A DNA stretch of 64,000 nt from Ascidiella aspersa (lineage: Eukaryota): positions 12,896,001 through 12,960,000 of the forward strand of contig OZ004610.1 of the NCBI GenBank assembly GCA_963924565.1. The letters are read 5' to 3'. The notes under the pieces are model-generated. The model was not told the DNA's origin. It made no database searches and saw nothing but the letters and a program-made list of their open reading frames with translations. Within the stretch, counting starts at the first letter, position 1. Every line of letters begins with the position of its first letter. The position numbers were made by a program, and so were the translations under genes. Of the stretch, positions 56,201 through 64,000 are shown in pieces.

Positions 56201-59200
56201 TTAAAAAGCGCTTAAACGGTCAGCGTATAGTTCCTAAATTAGCACCAAAAACGAAAAATATTGATGCACCTAAAGCTTCTAAAGATGCTTAAACGTGATA
56301 GGATTGTTCAAAGTGTGTTTATTGTTTTGAGTTAAGACATATTAGCGCACAATGTTGCATTTCTATATAGGACCTTCTTTGCGGAACTCCTTACCAAACG
56401 ATTTTACCAAACACTGTAAAAAACAAAAGGTGGAGAATAGCGACGGGAGAAAATGTGTTATTGGTTCTATAATTTACATTAAGTGGATAACGACGGGCGA
56501 TTTAAAAAAATCACGCTTACCGTGGTCGGATTAGCCTACCGCTTGAAAGCGGGGAGAAATTAAGTGTTTTTTCTGTTTAAACGTTGTTTTGCTCGGAGAA
56601 ACTGTCCAGTTTAAATAGGATAATGATCACATAGCCACAGTTTGGTTTCCGGTTAGAAACCATCTGTGCGTTTATGTTAGATTCGTGATGTTCATAAACA
56701 AGAAGATGATGAAAATTCTATATGTGCAAATATAATCAAACGAGCCTAACAAGGATTGTTTCCGAGTTTATTTTATTGTAAACGTATACTGTAAAACATT
56801 TTACTATTAAATTAAGGAGTGTTATTTAACAACATTATAATGATCGGTGCGTGTAACTTTATCCTTTAAAGTGGTTTAATCTAGACAGGTAGGAAAACGA
56901 TTTAGTACAATGGCAATCAAACAGTCCCGTGATTTTCTATCGATTGCCGCAAGCTAAAAATGTTTTAGAACCACGGATTTATGTGCTCCAAAAGTTATTT
57001 CGACCGTTTTACTCGTAATGAAATAATCACCATGAAATCCTTTTTACCCCACAAAACCGTAAACTTTCAGAAACCATTCACAGACCGATTTCAGGGACAT
57101 AATGCCAGTATAATGGAGGATATTCGGTGCCACAACCAAACTATTTTGTTCTTAAGACCGAAGAATGTAATTTTCCAATTTTCCTTGCAGTGATCTACCA
57201 GAGGTGGTAAAGTATGCCATGTCACTCGGGGTAATCATCTATGCGGTCGGGGTGGGAAAATACGACATCAACCAACTTCACCTAATCACCGACAACCACA
57301 AGGACAGGGTGTTCGTCATGGAAAGCTTCGACGACCTTCGTCACATCATACAGGATCTGCAGTTCCAAGTTAGCTCAGGTAAACTGGGGGAAGCTTTCTA
57401 CAGAAAACTTTAGGGTGCACGTTTTGCTAACGATTAAACCAGTGCTTTTCAACCGGGTGTATCGTACACCCCAGGGTGTACCACTTTGATGGGGTGTACA
57501 GGGGTGTACCAGATACCACATGACAATAGGCCGATGACAAGCTATCTCAGGGATGGCGAACCTTTTCATCGCGCGGGTCACAAACATGACTTTAATCTTT
57601 ACAAAATGCACAAGTGGGTCATACATTTAATTATTTGCTAATTTTATGCGAACCTCTGCTGCGTCGTGTTAAGCGTTATTTTGATTTTCAAATTCGGATT
57701 TCCACAAATATTTAGAAGCTAAATAGTTAACAAATACTGCAGCATTTTTATGGGATTACAGGAGTTCAGCAGAAAGCTTTTCAGCATTGTTCATTGGTTT
57801 AACTAGGGTTTTTAGAACTTTTAGTCTGCGAACTTATAGTTTCCCTTAATCTGTGGTGGGTCACTTCGTGACCCGCGGGACAGTGGTTCGCCATCCCTGA
57901 GCTATCTGATAGCAGTTGCGTTACTTTGCCGCCTCTCACTGACCATTGTGAGGTAATATTCCTATTATATTATATAATCGTGCGACCAGTATGACCTGTA
58001 GTAACCTGCTGGTTTGACGTGACTTTGTGGCTATTCGACAAAAACGATGTTAAAGTTAGCATCTGCAGTATTTGCTGTACACGTTTAAGGTTTGCCAGCA
58101 CAAAATAGTAACTTAAGGATGTCTGAATTAAAAGTTTGTGACGTACACTAGTTAGAGCAAAATATGGTTGCAACGATGCCCTGTTCAAAAGCCTGCAAAA
58201 TGTTTTATGATTTGCTATTAATTAAGTTATGTGGTATGCCATGAAATATATCTCGATGTTAGTCATTACATTGTAGTTTCTGACTCGAGATAAAATCTTC
58301 TTAACTCCCGTAAAATAGTCTAAATGGAAAGCAATCATTAGTTACGGTTTCTGCCGAATTACCCCCGAACTATTTGACGCGAGCCTTTTAACGTCGGTTT
58401 GCTAATAATGACTTTGCCACTTTTATGTGCCAATTTTGGCTTTTACACAATTTATGCCCAGCTACCGATGTCCATTTACTGTGCAGAATTGTGTATTAGA
58501 CAAGTGTATAGCCTTGGTTATACTACGTAACGTATTCCGAACGATCGAAATGCAAATAAAAAACCAACAAATAAAAACAATTAAAAAAATAAAAAACCTG
58601 GCAATAACGATAGATAAGGTCTTCTTGCCAAAATACACAACACGGTGATGAATACGCTTGAGCAGGCAGACCTCATGTGATAAACCCACGCCGATTGATG
58701 ATCCAGTCCGAAGGAAACCACCCTTGCTATCTGCAGACTGTGTCGCGCTAACTTTGTCGCTAAATTACTTTAAAACTCGTTGAAGCACACCGAAAGCTTT
58801 GTGTGTTGGGTATTGTAGAGATTGCATTGCATAAATAAGATCTACCAGGTCATCAGGAGTCACATCTAACCTCCGTGAGACTTGCTCTTCCTTTATCGCT
58901 GTTAACGTTTCTCACCGCAGGGACCCTGACAAGGAGATCTTTTTGAACAACCTTCCCAGGCGTGTTAATTCTGATATTATAGAAATAAGTTTTATTTTTG
59001 CGATTAGCATCAATTTTGTAGATTATCTCCAAATTTGTATATCAACAATCGTCACTCCGGCCCTTAAGCCGGCCCTTAATCTGAGGCTTGCTTTTAAATA
59101 TTGCAGATAAAAATCGTTTAAATTAGCTGGCTTTGTCGGTAAAGCATGTTTCATAAACAACTTAAAACCACTGCAAAAAGTTTTAACATCTTTTATTAAA

Positions 59201-62200
59201 CGTTTTGCAAACACTTTTTTAAATTAGCGTTTTATTATTTTCCTAAGCCCAAATTGAATTTTAATTTTAATTGTAATCTACTTCAAAGTCATTGTGATAC
59301 GTAATCATTTTGATACGTAATCTACTTCCAAAGGCATTGGATACAAAGTAAATTAAAAACCCAATATAATGTAACAATTAAATATATTTGCAACACACTT
59401 TCAGCAAGATTTTAGCTTTAATATTGAACGATTGATAAATATAAAAGTATTTTAGACAATACACAACACCTAAAAAGTAACAGCAGCCTTCAACGCAGGT
59501 CAAATTGCCACCCCGATCATATCCATAGCCTACACGCTTTCCGATTTAATGCACTGCGACAGATTGGGGAATTAATTTTTCGTATTATTAAACCTGAATC
59601 TAAACTTGTGTTGTTCGCAGCTTGCGACTGTAACGTGGATGGGAGCATCGGAAACAATTGCGACCCATGTAGTCAAGCGTGCACCTGTAAACCAAACGTA
59701 GTAGGCCGAAGATGCGACCAATGTCAAACGGGATTCTTCGGACTTCAAAGCGGAAATGGATGTTCCGGTAAGCCAACGTGTAGAATAAAGTTGATTTCTA
59801 AAACAAGTTAATCGATTTTTTGTATGTTCTTTAATGATTAAACATTCATTTATAGCACAAATTTGTTTTCAAAATTGGACGAAATTTGTTAGTATGTTTG
59901 CATTTTCAATAGAACTTCACGGCATTAGAAAGGTTCATGAAGTCAAATTATATTTTAAGCAATAAAATCGAATAAGCCACAAGGCCTTTGAAACGATCGG
60001 CGTTTCATTGGCAGATTGTCACCGAAGAAGCTCTATGCCCAATTTTCACGCCAAACGCAAACGCAAAAGCAAGTGGCGCATCAAAATATGCGTTGTGGCG
60101 TAAATGCGATAGACAGACTCGATTTCGATCAACGGTAACTAATACCTTCACAACGGAAAGGAATGCTTTCAGGCATACTTCGTTCTTAATTGTAAAAGTG
60201 AACACGATCGGCTCTTTTCTAACGATCTGCACAGAGGACAATTTTCGACAAGGATTCCTCTAATGTAGCCCACTTTGCTCATCGCGTCAAAGCATCGCCA
60301 AGTTTTAGCGGGGTTACGATGTCTAAATACAAAAATGTTATGGGTGCCTAAGATTTGTTTTTCTTTGTCGCTGGACCCAATATTTTTCCGTTGAAACAGT
60401 GAAGCAAAGTGGTTTTGTATTTGAACTTTGTGTTATAGTAAATTGTGTAATTCCAGTAGCCTACGTATAAACCACAACGACCAAATTAAGGTTACGACAC
60501 AAATAGCGCTTTGCGGCGGCGAAAGATTGCCGAATATTCCCAAACGAATCATAATGTCCTTAATGACGAACGGGGAGCAATTTCGCTTCTCAATAGAGAT
60601 CCATTCACTGGATCGTTATTGATGCCACACACGGCACTATTTATAGATCGTTAGAAATACCACAATTACGTAACTTGCGTAAACTTTTCTCTAAAGCTGA
60701 TGACACAGCTTTGCTTAATTTTTCCTGTGGGACTGGTTTCCCGGTGGGACAAGTTTTCTGTCCGAATATATACCACTTGAAAAGTCTGCGCAAATTTAAG
60801 CTTCGCTGTAATCGAACGCCTAGACCTTAGGAAACTTTCTCCTTCTCGGATTGCGGCTGTGGCACGCCATGGGATCAGTTTACTTCAATGGCGGTCAACA
60901 GATGTACCAAAGCAATTTTCTTAAGCAGTATAGGTTTAACATATTTTTTCCGTATTTCAAATTCCTCGATGAGATCAAAAGCCTCATGTTATTGGTAGCC
61001 CTAATGACTGTTTACAACAACATGCCTTTTGCGAAATATATGTCCCATTTAACGGTGTGATAAATTTGGTAAATTCCCTAACGGCGTATTTTACGAAGCT
61101 TTGAACAAATTTGGCGGCCATGTTGTCACTTACGGAGCTTTACGATTGTCTCTGGTGTGTGTAATTTATGTAGCCCTAGAGAATTTGTAATAGTACGTCT
61201 GTGGTGTGGGTGGCTTTGACGCAACCACCAGATCAATTTCGCCAATCTCCTGATGACGAGATGGCCTCTGAACCCATCAGCGATAAAAGGTTTGCCTAAC
61301 GTTTCAATTGGCAACAACCGCGCCACAGGTTTAAACAGTTAAGCATGATTACCGATGCTCGATCGGCCGTTTTAGCTAGCAATAATATTATCTCGCCGCT
61401 GTCTCGACACACAATTTATTGTCTACTTTATTAAAATAGTGCTGTCGCATCGGTTGCTTTGGTTTCATAGCCCGCGGGTACCGAGAAAAGGTACCACTTT
61501 TGCGGTAAAAATACACTTGTATTCCTACGGGTTTGAGAAATTCCACTTATTGAGGTTGATCGCTGTTAACAACAATCACCTTGTCACATATCATTTGAAA
61601 GGGGCCTTTTGGAGCATTTACTGAAACTGTATATGCTACGACTTACCACGTGCTCTGTCGCATATGCCGTCTGACAACTGTGTGTTTAATATGTTTGGAT
61701 ATTGTACGTTTTCCTTATTCTTTGTTTTTCGAAATGTAGTCAAACACTGTGCGGCAAAATGCAGTCAAACAAATAGCGGGGCGAAAACTCAAGATCACGG
61801 TCTGTTTAAGCATTTTATCAAGCATGACAAACGGTCACAATTGGACCATCTGCACTGCTTTCCGATCTTGTCTGTGGAGTGGGGCGTCTTTTGGCTTCAA
61901 AAGGAAACCACAGTTCCACAAAAGAGCGAGCGCGGCCTACTGATGAGTCACTTATGGCAAACCCTTATTAAAAATTGCAACACATATCTAGACGGCTGCC
62001 CAGCTGTAAATCGTTTCTCAATATTGCGAATTGAAAAGTTTAATGCCAAATATTTTGTTGAGGAGGTGAAATGTATGAAAAGCCCTGTGATGTTTCTATT
62101 GAAGTGTAGTTTAAAGCATGGCAGCTTCTTTAGGTATCTGTTTGAAGAAATAAACGATCACATCGGTTTATCCAGACGATCACAAAATCGATTAGGCGTA

Positions 62201-64000
62201 TATGCCGCCGTCTGATGACATTTTAAAACCGACAAACGAAGTGGTGACAATGTAAATCGACTAGTTTTAAGGGGGCTATATGTAAACCGACCCACGGTGA
62301 AAAGACCACAAATATCGAACAAATATATTGTTGCGACCATGTAAATCGACCAAATTTAAGATGGCAGTGCAAGTCTTCCACTTTTGATACGGTCTTCTAC
62401 AAACTAAGCATTTTTTTGTCCACAGCGTGCGATTGCAGCGAATTCGGCTCGACCAACCTGACGTATTGTGACCCGAGAAGCGGCCAGTGCTTGTGCCGGG
62501 ATGGCGGTTTGTCCGGGCGCCGGTGCGACGAGTGCGCCGACGGGTTCCACGGGTTCCCAGAGTGCCGAGCGTGCAACTGCAACGGATTCGCGACCTCTTG
62601 CGATGACGTCACTGGCGTGTGTCGCAACTGCAGCGGCGGAAGGACGGGGGACCACTGCGAAACGTAGGCGGATGAATATATGCGTAATATGAACGTGTGT
62701 TTATTTAAGTCTGATACATAAAAATCGTTATTTGTGCTTTTCAATTTTTAAAGTTAGCACACATTTTATAAACCAGAAAAACAAGGTTTTTTTAATATTA
62801 CTTGTTTTAGACGTGCCGTTATGACGTAAATTTGTGACGTCATCTTGGAGAATTTTCATGCGTTTCCGTAAGAAAATATTTCAACGTTTCGTGAGAGAAA
62901 TTACTTACTTTAATCCTGCTTTCGAGTTAAAGTTTTAAATAACTGTTTAACTGCGTGTCTTCTTTGGAAGTGTCTTCATAGACGTTGGATATATGTTAGA
63001 TATAAACAAAAGTATAGGACCACAATGTCGAACACTAAGCCTATATGTAAGAAGAGTTACAATGGGTATAAAGAATGGTACCGTATACACCAGCATGACA
63101 AATCACGAACTTTTTCTTAGCTAAATATATTTCTACATTAATTTAGCTAAACGAACCAACAGCAACATAGTTTAAGAGTGAAAATAATAAATTTTAAAAC
63201 GAACCACCTCGGTAATAGTTAAGAAGCCCCACGTGTCTCGGATGATATAGCACTTATTATCTCAAGCTAGGTTTTGGCAAAGTAGTGCTTTTACGGAAGC
63301 TCACAATCCGCTAGGCTTAGTTCTCACTGACTTAAAAGACTCTTTTACCGTGCTTGTCAACCTGTATGCCATCTGTTGGTGATTTGCTTGGAAATGTCGG
63401 TTTATGACGCACTGATCACCAGTACTTTCATCACTAAAGTGGACTTATCTTTTCAAATTATATTAAAAATAATAAAGCATCGGTTTGGTGCCGGAATAAG
63501 AAAACTTCACGGAATATGCCTATTAATTTAATTGCGGTTTACATTTCAACAAAGCAAACCGATTTTTACGGTATCGTTAAAACGAACACACCGATCTACC
63601 GCGCAATTTTGATTGCACAGCTCACTTAAAGTAGAGCTGATTGAATAACAAATAATATAAAAATAGTGTATTATTTCCACCACTGCAACTATGCCTGGAA
63701 TTCAGTTTGCTTTGTGGAAATGTAAACCGCAATTAAATTAAAAGGCATATTTCGTTTCATTACTACTCGCATAGTTGTAATCGCTATATTAATTTCGACG
63801 CCGATTTTTGTATTCAGTTGCCCACCGGGCCACTACTGGAACATCAACCGGGCGGTATGCATGGAGTGCGAGTGCAACAACAACATAAATGCAAGCGACC
63901 CAGAGGCTTGTAATCCCGTTACCGGGATGTGCGAACGATGCCTTCACAACACTGCCGGCAAGAATTGCGCAAAGTGCGCTAAGTTCTATCACGGGAATGC
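50233..64000 (+). CDS. Secreted VWA-domain plus laminin-type EGF (LE) repeat protein, laminin beta-like; 3' end beyond the window
   Basis: Phase-consistent exons: 50233-50326 (signal peptide MRHNNHWNLVLLIVLGLAACKFTLA), 54025-54170 (DLILLLDGSSSVG, MIDAS DxSxS), 55208-55330 (IQYS), 55957-56093 (TFTAHAI; VLVLLTDG), 57191-57378 (IYAVGVG), 59621-59767, 62426-62663, 63818 to >64000 (8-Cys LE repeats, e.g. CTCKPNVVGRRCDQC, GFHGFPECRAC, CECNNNINASDPEACNPVTGMCERCLHNTAG). Confidence 0.88.
52282..52589 (+). mobile_element. hAT (Buster/Charlie-like) MITE
   Basis: TIRs CAGTGCTTCCCAACC...GGTGTGAAGCACTG. TSD GTTTTGCT/GTTTAGCT (7/8). Internal (G)CGACCCAC repeats. Confidence 0.75.
52869..53476 (+). mobile_element. 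hAT (Buster/Charlie-like) MITE, young insertion
   Basis: Perfect TIRs CAGTGGTCGGCAAACTGT...ACAGTTTGCCGACCACTG and perfect 8-bp TSD GCTTACGG (52861-52868 and 53477-53484). Confidence 0.92.
57548..57899 (+). mobile_element. hAT (Buster/Charlie-like) MITE, young insertion, next to or nested in another hAT-like end starting at 57440
   Basis: Perfect TIRs CAGGGATGGCGAACC...GGTTCGCCATCCCTG and perfect TSD AGCTATCT (57540-57547 and 57900-57907). CAGTGCTTTTCAACC with GGGTGTAC repeats lies at 57440-57510. Confidence 0.9.
63512..63753. repeat. Inverted repeat / MITE-like fold-back element in an intron of the VWA-LE gene
   Basis: About 48-bp arms at 63512-63559 (GAATATGCCTATTAATTTAATTGCGGTTTACATTTC.ACAAAGCAAAC) and 63706-63753 are near-perfect reverse complements. 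Confidence 0.8.

Noticed and set aside
61664-62215. 183-aa intronic ORF
   Set aside because: No domain signature and no phase-compatible splice sites linking it to the LE exons.

Overview
AT-rich animal genomic DNA with GT-AG introns. It is probably a marine invertebrate chordate such as an ascidian, which is an inference from gene content and intron style. Most entries in the supplied ORF track are exon fragments or noise, so I rebuilt gene models by hand from splice sites and intron phases. From left to right: (1) A cluster of three paralogous secreted astacin metalloprotease genes with an unusual architecture: signal peptide, antistasin-like module, astacin, 2x TSP1, 3x FG-GAP/VCBS. Copy C is inverted and runs off the left edge. 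Copy A (3136-6835) is frameshifted in exon 3. Copy B (12077-15812) is intact. A and B share a near-identical gene-conversion-like tract, while B and C share about 2.3 kb of inverted promoter. (2) A kazrin gene on the minus strand (coiled coil plus 3 SAM domains, 17425-43791) with a candidate 21-nt microexon. (3) A 4-exon gene (45521-48421) encoding a 218-aa protein with an N-terminal RHIM-like amyloid motif (VQIG), a TIR domain retaining the putative catalytic Glu, and a C-terminal CaaX box (CVII). This is the most striking candidate for a new innate-immune or cell-death module. (4) A secreted protein gene (50233 to >64000) in which a MIDAS-containing VWA domain is fused to LE repeats resembling laminin beta-chain domain III. 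Several non-autonomous hAT-type elements with 8-bp TSDs, fold-back elements and simple repeats lie in introns and intergenic DNA.
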